From Xanthomonas campestris pv. campestris str. ATCC 33913 (GTDB lineage Bacteria > Pseudomonadota > Gammaproteobacteria > Xanthomonadales > Xanthomonadaceae), in contig NC_003902.1 of assembly GCF_000007145.1 (NCBI RefSeq), positions 1,987,436 through 2,019,435 on the forward strand: 32,000 nucleotides of DNA, written 5' to 3'. The notes under the pieces were generated by a model. It was not told where the DNA came from. It worked only from the letters and a program-made list of their open reading frames with translations, and searched no databases. This document shows positions 21,953-29,216 of the stretch, in pieces. The position numbers and the translations under genes are program-made. Position 1 is the stretch's first letter, and each line of letters opens with the position of its first letter.

Positions 21953-22190
21953 GGTGCTTCTCCTTGGAAAGATTCGAATGAGGCGGAAGGTGCGTTCGCC
22001 TTTACCTTGTCTTCGTTGATCACGCGCAGCGGGCCGATGCCCATGTGGCGCGGATCGTGGTAGCTGGCGAAGGAGAAGGTATGACGCGAGGAGAGCCAGC
22101 CGTGCTCGGCGCGGCCACGGGTTTCGCTCTTGCGGACAGTCAACATGGTGCTTCTCCTTGGAAAGATTCGAATGAGGCGGAAGGTGCGTT
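21803..22190. repeat. Head-to-tail tandem duplication, 2 x 194 bp (21803-21996 and 21997-22190)
   Basis: The copies were aligned by eye at a 194-bp offset over their whole length. The only difference found is C 21899 versus G 22093. Each copy contains the pirin leader, SD, ATG and codons 1-50. Confidence 0.95.
21946..22146 (-). pseudogene. Duplicated 5' fragment of the pirin gene (50 pirin codons plus 16 codons read through the duplicated leader)
   Basis: Translation is [50 protein letters not shown] then [16 protein letters not shown]-stop. The 112-aa track ORF 21946..22284 is this fragment extended upstream into the intergenic region. Confidence 0.75.
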
Positions 22191-22283
22191 TTGCTTGCCC
22201 GTCCCGTTGATGCGTAGTGTGGAGAGATGCCCCGGGTAAAAAAAGCGAGTAGATTTGACTGCTATCATCGAAAAAATCGAACA

Positions 22284-23228
22284 ATGAAAATCAGCCTGGA
22301 TGCGTTGCAAATCCTGGACGCGATCGACCGCCGTGGCTCTTTCACTGCCGCGGCGAAGGTGTTGTTCAAGGTGCCGTCGACGATCTCCTACACGGTCGCC
22401 AAGCTGGAGGAGGACCTGGGCGTTCAGTTGTTCGAGCGCGTTGGCCCCAAGGCCACGCCAACGCAGGCCGGCCGCGAGCTGTTGCGTGAGGGGCGGCAAT
22501 TGCTGCGCGCGGCGCAGGAGCTGGAAGTGCGGGTGCGGCGGGTCGCCTCCGGCTGGGAGTCGGAGTTCGCCATTGGTCTGGACGCGGTGCTGCCGGCGTC
22601 ATTGCTGCTGCCGCAATTGCTGGACTTCTATCGCATCGCTGACAGCACCCGGTTGCGCGTGGTGAGCGAGTCGCTCTCCGGTAGCTGGGAGGCGCTGCTG
22701 GATCGACGTGTGGATCTGGTGGTTGCTGCTGGCGAGGGGCCGAGCGGTGGCGGTTATGTCGCCGAGCCGATCGGCTCGCTGCGGTTCGTGTTCGCAGTGG
22801 CCGCCACGCACCCGCTGGTGGACGCCGGAGTGCTGGGCGTGGCGGAGCTGGCCGAGCATCGCGCGATCGCGGCAGCGGACTCCGCACGCCGGCTGCTGCC
22901 ACGCACGGTGGGGCTGCTGTCCGGCCGCGACGTGCTTACCGTGCCGGACATGCAGACCAAGTTGCAGCTGCAGCTGGCTGGGGCCGGCTATGGCTTCCTG
23001 CCCGAGCCGTACGCGCGCGGCGCATTGCAGGCCGGCGCCCTGCGCGCGCTTGCGGTGGAAACGCACAAGCCGGACGAGACGTTCTACCTGGCGTGGCGTC
23101 CGGGCGAGGAGGGCGAGGCGCTAAGTTGGTGGCGGCAGGCGCTGCGCAGCGAGGGGTTATTTGCGCGCTGGCTGGAGCAGCTGGCCGAAACGTATCGTTC
23201 CGTCCCCACCGGGCAGCCGGTAGCGTAG
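22284..23228 (+). CDS. LysR-family transcriptional regulator, divergent from pirin
   Basis: N-terminal [36 protein letters not shown] followed by a LysR substrate-binding domain. ATG 22284 is preferred over the upstream in-frame start at 22227. Confidence 0.92.
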   Translation: MKISLDALQILDAIDRRGSFTAAAKVLFKVPSTISYTVAKLEEDLGVQLFERVGPKATPTQAGRELLREGRQLLRAAQELEVRVRRVASGWESEFAIGLDAVLPASLLLPQLLDFYRIADSTRLRVVSESLSGSWEALLDRRVDLVVAAGEGPSGGGYVAEPIGSLRFVFAVAATHPLVDAGVLGVAELAEHRAIAAADSARRLLPRTVGLLSGRDVLTVPDMQTKLQLQLAGAGYGFLPEPYARGALQAGALRALAVETHKPDETFYLAWRPGEEGEALSWWRQALRSEGLFARWLEQLAETYRSVPTGQPVA

Positions 23229-23272
23229 CGATAGGCGGATAATGGCCGCTCGCCGTCGCGCCAGGGTGCCGC

Positions 23273-24265
23273 ATGCAAGGCTTGATCGAACAGTACGGAT
23301 TGGCGCTGGTGTTCGCCAACGTGCTGGCGTTGTCGCTCGGTCTGCCGGTGCCGGCCATGCCGACCCTGGTGCTGGTGGGCGCCGGCTATGCCTTGCATGG
23401 CGGCAGCGCCGCGTGGAGTGCCGCGCTGGCAGCACTGGCTGTTTCGGTATTCGCCAGCGTGCTGGGCGATCTGGTCTGGTATCTGGCCGGGCGCCGTTTC
23501 GGCAATCGCACCTTGCAGTCGCTGTGCCGGCTGTCGCTGTCGCGCGATACCTGCATGAAGAAGACCGAGCGTTTCTTCGGGCGCTGGGGCGTACGCGTGC
23601 TGGCGGTGGCCAAGTTCGTGCCTGGCCTGTCGATGGTATCGGTGCCGATGGCGGGCGCGATGCAGGTGCGGCCAGGAGCATTCCTGCGCTACGACGCGTT
23701 TGGCGCGTTGCTGTGGGCAGCGGTGGGGCTTGGGTTGGGCGCGCTGTTCGCCGATCAGGTGCAGGACGTGCTGCACTTTCTCTCCACGCTGGGCTCGGGC
23801 GCCGTGCTGGTGGTGGCGTTGCTGTTGGCCGGTTATGTCGGCTGGCGCTGGTGGCGCCGCCATACGCTGCTGCGCTCGCTGGAGACCGCGCGCATTGCGG
23901 TCGAAGAACTGGTGCCGATGCTCGCCGCCGACGAAGCGATGCGGCCGGCGGTGCTGGATATCCGCGCGCAGGGCTTTCGCGATCTGCAGCCGTACACGAT
24001 TCCCGGTGCGGTGTTTGCCGATGAGCGCGAGCTGGCGCAGATTCTGGCAACGGTGCCGCGCGATCGCAGCGTGGTGATCTATTGCGCCTGCCCGGATGAA
24101 GTGTCCGCCGCCTGGTTGGCTGGGCGCTTGCGCGAGCGCGGGTATCGCGATGTGCGTCCGCTACTGGGTGGGCTGGATGCCTGGCGCGATGCGGGGCATC
24201 CGGTGGTGTCACTGGTGCCATTGGCCACGCTTGCGCCGACCGGCGAAGCGGGCGCACTGGCCTGA
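23273..24265 (+). CDS. DedA-family membrane protein fused to a C-terminal rhodanese domain
   Basis: The N-terminal ~200 aa are hydrophobic with a DedA/SNARE-associated pattern (GDLVWYLAGRRFG, KFVPGLSMVSVPMAG). The C-terminal rhodanese has active-site loop VVIYCACPDEVSAA and GGLDAWRDAGHP. Confidence 0.85.
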   Translation: MQGLIEQYGLALVFANVLALSLGLPVPAMPTLVLVGAGYALHGGSAAWSAALAALAVSVFASVLGDLVWYLAGRRFGNRTLQSLCRLSLSRDTCMKKTERFFGRWGVRVLAVAKFVPGLSMVSVPMAGAMQVRPGAFLRYDAFGALLWAAVGLGLGALFADQVQDVLHFLSTLGSGAVLVVALLLAGYVGWRWWRRHTLLRSLETARIAVEELVPMLAADEAMRPAVLDIRAQGFRDLQPYTIPGAVFADERELAQILATVPRDRSVVIYCACPDEVSAAWLAGRLRERGYRDVRPLLGGLDAWRDAGHPVVSLVPLATLAPTGEAGALA

Positions 24266-24291
24266 CGCACGGTCCGCTGGATCTGATGGGC

Positions 24292-24323
24292 AAAAAAAAA
24301 CGACCAGCAAGCTGGTCGTTTTT
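24292..24323. terminator. Bidirectional terminator (A9-cgaccagc-aa-gctggtcg-T5)
   Basis: Perfect 8-bp stem flanked by A and T runs. It sits between the DedA-rhodanese stop (plus strand) and the distal tRNA-Arg (minus strand). Confidence 0.85.
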
Positions 24324-24330
24324 CCAAGAA

Positions 24331-24407
24331 TGGTGCGCCCGGAGAGATTCGAACTCCCGACCGCCTGGTTCGTAGCCAGGTACTCTATCCAACTGAGCTA
24401 CGGGCGC
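24331..24407 (-). tRNA. argV: tRNA-Arg (anticodon ACG), encoded CCA
   Basis: The reverse complement is GCGCCCGTAGCTCAGTTGGATAGAGTACCTGGCTACGAACCAGGCGGTCGGGAGTTCGAATCTCTCCGGGCGCACCA. Anticodon stem CCTGG/CCAGG with loop CT-ACG-AA. Confidence 0.95.
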
Positions 24408-24461
24408 ATGTCTTGTTTGAGTGGTGCAGATCCGCCGCAATGCGATCGAACCTTTGTAACT

Positions 24462-24488
24462 AAAAAGACAGCGGTTGAAGGCTGTCTT
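24462..24488 (-). terminator. Hairpin plus T-run between the two tRNA-Arg genes (aagacagc-N8-gctgtctt-ttttt on the minus strand)
   Basis: 8-bp stem read directly. It may be a terminator or an RNA-processing element. Confidence 0.5.
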
Positions 24489-24503
24489 ATGTTGTTCTGA
24501 AGA

Positions 24504-24580
24504 TGGTGCGCCCGGAGAGATTCGAACTCCCGACCGCCTGGTTCGTAGCCAGGTACTCTATCCAACTGAGCTACGGGCGC
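24504..24580 (-). tRNA. argV: tRNA-Arg (anticodon ACG), identical second copy
   Basis: The 77-nt sequence is identical to 24331-24407. Confidence 0.95.
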
Positions 24581-24595
24581 CTCGTCAGGAGCGGA

Positions 24596-24624
24596 ATTAT
24601 GCGGATGCCTGACGCGTGCGTCAA
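24596..24624 (-). promoter_or_regulatory. Strong sigma70-type promoter for the tRNA-Arg pair (TTGACG-17 nt-CATAAT, GC-rich discriminator)
   Basis: Read on the minus strand, the -35 is at 24624-24619 and the -10 at 24601-24596. The tRNA starts 15 nt after the -10. Confidence 0.55.
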
Positions 24625-24648
24625 TCCCTTTGTGACGATCCCGTGGCG

Positions 24649-25500
24649 CTATCGATCGTGCAGCGACGTGCGTAACGCAGCGGCGACCGCGATGGGTGCG
24701 CGCATCCACGCGAAATGGTCGCTGCGCATGCCCAGCGCTGCGTCGTCGAGCAGGCGCAGCGTCGTGGGCGCCTGCGGCATCTTGGCGCAAAGCGCGTGCA
24801 GCGCTGTAGCGGGGCCGAAGCGGTCGCGTGCGAACACCACACCGTCGACCGGGCAGGTGACACTGGCCAGTGCCTGCTCCAGATCCCACGGTGCGCCCGC
24901 AGCGCGGTAGCGATTGCTGCGGCCGACGCGCGCCCAGTCGGCGATCAGGCTGCGCGCTTCGGTCCCCGCAAAGCCGAGCCGCCGCCCGTGCAGCACGCCT
25001 TGCACACGTGCCAGCCATGGCAGGAACCGGTACGCCAACGGCAGCCCATAACGCAGCGGTGACGGAAAGTTGCGCCAGTACGGCGAGCCGCTGGCGACCA
25101 GCCACAGGCGCGCCGCATTGCCCGGATGCAACGCGGCATGGCAGCAGGCCAGTTGCCCACCCAGGCTGTGGCCGCCCAGCAGCCGCGGCAGCGGCGGTGA
25201 CTGCGCAGCGACAATGGCCTGGCTGGCCGGCAGATCATGTTCAAGCAGGGTGCGAAACCCCCAATCGTGGTGACGCGATGCACGCAAGGTGCTGCTGCCG
25301 TTGCCACGCCATTCGTGCACGAAGACCGCAATGCCGCGCTCGGCCAATGCCTGCGCGAATGGCGCGTAGTGCCGGGCCGCCACGCCCAATGCAGGTAACC
25401 ACAACAGGCTGGCGATCGGCTGCGCAGGCGCGTAGTGCAGCAGCTGCCAGCCGTGCCCATCCGCCGCGATGGCCGTGTGTGCGGCGTTGATCAATCCCAT
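24649..25500 (-). CDS. Alpha/beta-fold hydrolase of unknown specificity
   Basis: Nucleophile elbow GHSLGG, candidate His in SDHFAWM. ATG 25500 overlaps the thiD 3' end by 10 nt. The track ORF extends upstream to 25632 only by running through thiD. Confidence 0.8.
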   Translation of the reverse strand: MGLINAAHTAIAADGHGWQLLHYAPAQPIASLLWLPALGVAARHYAPFAQALAERGIAVFVHEWRGNGSSTLRASRHHDWGFRTLLEHDLPASQAIVAAQSPPLPRLLGGHSLGGQLACCHAALHPGNAARLWLVASGSPYWRNFPSPLRYGLPLAYRFLPWLARVQGVLHGRRLGFAGTEARSLIADWARVGRSNRYRAAGAPWDLEQALASVTCPVDGVVFARDRFGPATALHALCAKMPQAPTTLRLLDDAALGMRSDHFAWMRAPIAVAAALRTSLHDR

Positions 25501-26306
25501 GCGTGCGGCGCGGCACCAAAGTGATCCAGCACCACCACATCGCTCTGGCCCGGACGCTGGCCATTGGCAATTGCACGGGCCACATAATCGATCGCGGCCT
25601 CGCAGGCGTTGAGCAACGACAGGCCCTGACACAACTGCGCGGCAATGGCGGCAGAGAGGGTGCAGCCGGTGCCGTGTGTGTCCAGTTCCAGGCGCGGATG
25701 CATGAAGATCTCCTGCGCAACGCCGTCGTCGAACCGATCGATCACGCGCGTGCCTTCGCGCAAATGCCCGCCCTTGAGCAACACGGCGTTGGCGCCCAGC
25801 TCCAGCAAGGCGGCGGTTGCATGGTCGGCGGCATCGGGGGTGTCGATACGGCGGCCGGTGAGTAATTCGGCCTCGGGCGTATTGGGCGTGATCAAGTTCG
25901 CCAGCGGCAACAGGCGAGTGCGCAGTGCGTCCAACGCGGCGTCTTCGAGCAAACGCGCACCGCTGGTGGCCACCATCACCGGGTCGAGCACCACGAATGG
26001 CGGGCGGTACTGTTCGAGCAGGTCGGCCACGCAGTGGATGACCTCGGCGTTGGCCAGCATGCCGAGCTTGACCGCCTGGATCTGGAAATCGGCAAAGCAG
26101 GCATCGACCTGGGCGCGCAGGAATGCCAGGGGCGGCACGTGCACGGCGGTGACACCACGGGTGTGTTGCGCGGTCAGCGCGGTAATGGCGGACAAGCCGT
26201 GCACGCGATGCGCGGCGAAGGTCTTCAGATCGGCCTGGATGCCGGCACCACCGCCGGAATCCGAACCGGCGATGGTCAATGCGGACAGCGTGCTGGGCGT
26301 GGTCAT
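25491..26306 (-). CDS. thiD: Hydroxymethylpyrimidine/phosphomethylpyrimidine kinase
   Basis: [34 protein letters not shown]. The start is ATG 26306 or GTG 26321. Confidence 0.93.
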   Translation of the reverse strand: MTTPSTLSALTIAGSDSGGGAGIQADLKTFAAHRVHGLSAITALTAQHTRGVTAVHVPPLAFLRAQVDACFADFQIQAVKLGMLANAEVIHCVADLLEQYRPPFVVLDPVMVATSGARLLEDAALDALRTRLLPLANLITPNTPEAELLTGRRIDTPDAADHATAALLELGANAVLLKGGHLREGTRVIDRFDDGVAQEIFMHPRLELDTHGTGCTLSAAIAAQLCQGLSLLNACEAAIDYVARAIANGQRPGQSDVVVLDHFGAAPHAWD

Positions 26307-26372
26307 GCGGCGATTCTGCACTGCCGCGGCGCGACTGTGCAGACTCCCTTCAACGCCTTGGATCGTGGTCGA

Positions 26373-26852
26373 TCAGGCGCCGCCGTTGATGGCGATTTCC
26401 GAGAACGCGCCAGTTTGCGGGTCGTACAACGCGCCCCAGAAGGCAGCCCCGCCATCACAGGCACCCACTGCGGTCGTGGCCGGTTTCAGCGAGGGGCCAT
26501 CGGGCAGCTTGAACGCATTGATGTAGATCAGCTCACGCCCATCGACCACCACGCCCACGTATTGGCGGTCGAAGTCGCGCGGCTCGGCGATGGTGGGGGT
26601 GAGTGCGTCCTGGCGCGATTCCAGCAGTTCGATCTGCTGATGGGTCGGCGCCCAGTAGCCGGTGATCCTGCCCGGTTGGCGTGCCGGGCTGTCGCGCGAG
26701 CAGGTGTCCAGCACCTGATCGGCGATGGTCTGCCGTGTGATCACCCACGACTGGCCGCTTTTCAGGTTGGTCGGCACGCTGGCCGGCTGGGTGGTTGCGC
26801 AGCCAGCCAGGGTGAGCAACGTCAGCGCCGCAGCGCTGCGCAGCGTGGGCAT
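26373..26852 (-). CDS. Lipoprotein of unknown function
   Basis: Signal peptide with lipobox [18 protein letters not shown]. Its ATG shares one base with the stop of the upstream PIN-PhoH gene (TGATG). I recognise no family. Confidence 0.75.
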   Translation of the reverse strand: MPTLRSAAALTLLTLAGCATTQPASVPTNLKSGQSWVITRQTIADQVLDTCSRDSPARQPGRITGYWAPTHQQIELLESRQDALTPTIAEPRDFDRQYVGVVVDGRELIYINAFKLPDGPSLKPATTAVGACDGGAAFWGALYDPQTGAFSEIAINGGA

Positions 26853-28249
26853 CACAGCACCTCCGAAGCGAAGTCGGCCAGCCGCGAACGCTCGCCGCGA
26901 CGCAGCGTGATGTGCGCGCTGTGCGGCCAGGCCTTGAAGCGATCCACCGCATAGGTCAGGCCGGACGTGGTCTCGGTGAGGTAGGGCGTGTCGATCTGCT
27001 CCACGTTGCCCAGGCACACGATCTTGGTGCCGGGGCCGGCACGGGTGATCAGCGTCTTCATCTGCTTGGGCGTGAGGTTTTGCGCTTCATCCAGGATCAG
27101 ATAACGCGACAGGAAGGTGCGCCCGCGCATGAAGTTCATCGAGCGGATCTTGATGCGGCTGGCGAGCAGGTCGTTGGTGGCCGCGCGGCCCCATGAGCCA
27201 CCGTCCTGGTTGTGGGTGAGCACTTCCAGATTGTCGGTGAGCGCGCCCATCCACGGGGTCATCTTTTCTTCTTCGGTGCCGGGCAGGAAGCCGATGTCTT
27301 CGCCCACGCTCACCGTCGCGCGGGTCATGATGATTTCGCGGTAACGCTGCTGGTCCATCGTCTGCGCCAGGCCCGCGGCCAGCGCGAGCAGCGTCTTGCC
27401 GGTGCCGGCGGTGCCGAGCAGGGTGACGAAATCGATCTCCGGGTCCATCAGCGCATTGAGCGCGAAGTTCTGCTCGCGGTTGCGCGCGGCAATGCCCCAG
27501 ACCGCGTGCTGGGTATGGCGGAAGTCATCCACCAGGCACAGCGTGGCCTTGCCGCCGCCGACCTTGGCCACGCGCAGTTCCACTTCGTCTTCGCCCGGCA
27601 GATACAGGTACTGATTGGGATACCAGTCTTCGTCGTCGGCCAGCACGATCTCGTAATGGGTGCGTCCGCGCTCGTTCCAGCTGCGCAGGTCTTCGTTGTG
27701 TTTTTGCCAGAAGTCTTCCGGCAGCTCGATCGCGCCGGTGAACAGCAGGCTGAAATCGTCCAGCGCGCGATCGTTCTGGTAGTCCTCGGCGACCAGGCCG
27801 CTGATGTAGGCCTTGATGCGCAGGTTGATGTCCTTGGACACCAGGATCACCGGCACATCGGGGTTCTCTTCGCGCAGCGCCAGCACCGAGGCGAGGATCT
27901 TGTTGTCCGGCAGCATTGCGCCGAAGGTGCGGCCCGGCTCGATCGGGTGGATCTGGAAATACAGCCGCCCGATCGCGGCCTGGCCCTTGAGCTGGATGCC
28001 CTGCGGATGACTCAGCAGGATGCCGGCCTGGATCTGCTCGGCGTTGGTGTTTTCCAGCAATTCGTCCAGGAAGCGGCTGACCTGGCGCGCGTTGCGGCTG
28101 ACTTCGGAGGTGCCCTTCTTGGCGTTGTCGAGTTCTTCGATCACCTGCATCGGCAGGAAGACATCGTGTTCTTCGAATTTGAACAGCGCGGTGGGATCGT
28201 GCATCAGCACGTTGGTGTCCAGCACGTAGATGCGCTTGCCTCGGGTCAT
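26852..28249 (-). CDS. PhoH-like ATPase with N-terminal PIN domain (PhoH2/YlaK type)
   Basis: PIN motif YVLDTNVLMHD, Walker A GTAGTGKT, Walker B LILDEAQN, and a PhoH C-terminal region. ATG 28249 is preferred over TTG 28261. Confidence 0.9.
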   Translation of the reverse strand: MTRGKRIYVLDTNVLMHDPTALFKFEEHDVFLPMQVIEELDNAKKGTSEVSRNARQVSRFLDELLENTNAEQIQAGILLSHPQGIQLKGQAAIGRLYFQIHPIEPGRTFGAMLPDNKILASVLALREENPDVPVILVSKDINLRIKAYISGLVAEDYQNDRALDDFSLLFTGAIELPEDFWQKHNEDLRSWNERGRTHYEIVLADDEDWYPNQYLYLPGEDEVELRVAKVGGGKATLCLVDDFRHTQHAVWGIAARNREQNFALNALMDPEIDFVTLLGTAGTGKTLLALAAGLAQTMDQQRYREIIMTRATVSVGEDIGFLPGTEEEKMTPWMGALTDNLEVLTHNQDGGSWGRAATNDLLASRIKIRSMNFMRGRTFLSRYLILDEAQNLTPKQMKTLITRAGPGTKIVCLGNVEQIDTPYLTETTSGLTYAVDRFKAWPHSAHITLRRGERSRLADFASEVL

Positions 28250-28331
28250 TGGGTCTTCCAAGTGATGGAGCAGGGGCGAGCCATCGCGCCTGCGCAGGCA
28301 GGGTGATGGAGGACGCGGGAAACGAGGGGAC

Positions 28332-28814
28332 TCACTGTTTGGCGTGCGCCTTCAACGCGGCCAGCACCGCATCGGCATGGCCGGCGACCTTGACCTTGCG
28401 CCAGGCCTGCACGACCTGCCCCTCGGGCGACAGCAGGAAGGTGCTGCGCTCGATGCCGAGCACCTGCTTGCCGTACATGTTCTTTTCCTTGATCACGTCG
28501 AAGGCGCGGCACAGTGCTTCATCGCCATCGCTGACCAGCGGAAATGCAAACCCCTGCTTGGCGCAGAAGTTGTCGTGCGACTTCACCGAATCGCGCGAGA
28601 CGCCCAGGATCTTGGCGCCGGCCTTGTCGAATTCCGGCAGCAGCGCGTTGAAGTCCAGGCCTTCGGTGGTGCAGCCGGGCGTGCTGTCCTTGGGGTAGAA
28701 GTAGATCACCAGCCAGTGGCCGGCATGGGCACGCAAGGTGGTCTGGGTGCCGCCGGACAGCGACAGCGGCAGATCGAAGGTTGCAGCGGGCAGTTCCAGT
28801 ACAGCGTCGGTCAT
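28332..28814 (-). CDS. bcp: Thiol peroxidase Bcp (peroxiredoxin)
   Basis: YFYPKDSTPGCTTE peroxidatic-Cys motif. About 160 aa with a thioredoxin fold. Confidence 0.95.
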   Translation of the reverse strand: MTDAVLELPAATFDLPLSLSGGTQTTLRAHAGHWLVIYFYPKDSTPGCTTEGLDFNALLPEFDKAGAKILGVSRDSVKSHDNFCAKQGFAFPLVSDGDEALCRAFDVIKEKNMYGKQVLGIERSTFLLSPEGQVVQAWRKVKVAGHADAVLAALKAHAKQ

Positions 28815-28852
28815 CGTTGCTCAGCCTGAAGGGGAGAGGCGGTCGGTGCCGA

Positions 28853-29203
28853 TCAGGCCGGCCCGACGTCCATCCCATCATAAGCAGCCACATGGAAACG
28901 TTTGGCGAGTGCATCGAACGCGGCATTGCGCTGATTCAGCGTTTCCAGGGTGTGGTGTTCCAGTTTGTCCACATGCAGGAAGTACGACTCTTCGTCGTCA
29001 CCATCGTCCTCATCGCGTTCGCCGAGAAAGATATCGATGACGCGGTAGCCGTCCTTGGTCAGTTGCTCGGCCAGCTGCTGCAGCGGTTGCTGCGCCGGAT
29101 CGGCAAAGAAGTATTCCCAGCGCAACGGGCCGTCCAGGTTCCAGTCGGTTTCCGAGCGGATGTGGTCGAACATCTGTTTCAGCGCGGACATCGCGATGGC
29201 CAT
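28853..29203 (-). CDS. RraB-like (regulator of RNase E activity B family) acidic protein
   Basis: An acidic stretch (ERDEDDGDDEE) and C-terminal AKRFHVAAYDGMDVG resemble E. coli RraB AEKFDVEYDGWG. SD aggag is present. The family call is by eye only. Confidence 0.6.
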   Translation of the reverse strand: MAIAMSALKQMFDHIRSETDWNLDGPLRWEYFFADPAQQPLQQLAEQLTKDGYRVIDIFLGERDEDDGDDEESYFLHVDKLEHHTLETLNQRNAAFDALAKRFHVAAYDGMDVGPA

Positions 29204-29216
29204 GCGAACTCCTGTC

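Noticed and set aside
21946-22284. The 112-aa track ORF treated as an independent gene.
   Set aside because: Its C-terminal 66 codons are the duplicated pirin 5' fragment. The N-terminal extension ([29 protein letters not shown]...) merely runs through the pirin-lysR intergenic DNA and ends at the complement of the lysR ATG. It is treated as a duplication by-product.
23157-24910. Track ORFs that run through the tRNA-Arg genes, for example MVRPERFELPTAWFVARYSIQLSYGR on the plus strand and APVAQLDRVPGYEPGGREFESLRAHH on the minus strand. Also the 427-aa ORF antisense to the DedA-rhodanese gene.
   Set aside because: The repeated peptide strings are simply translations of the two identical tRNA sequences. 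The remainder is antisense to a supported CDS.
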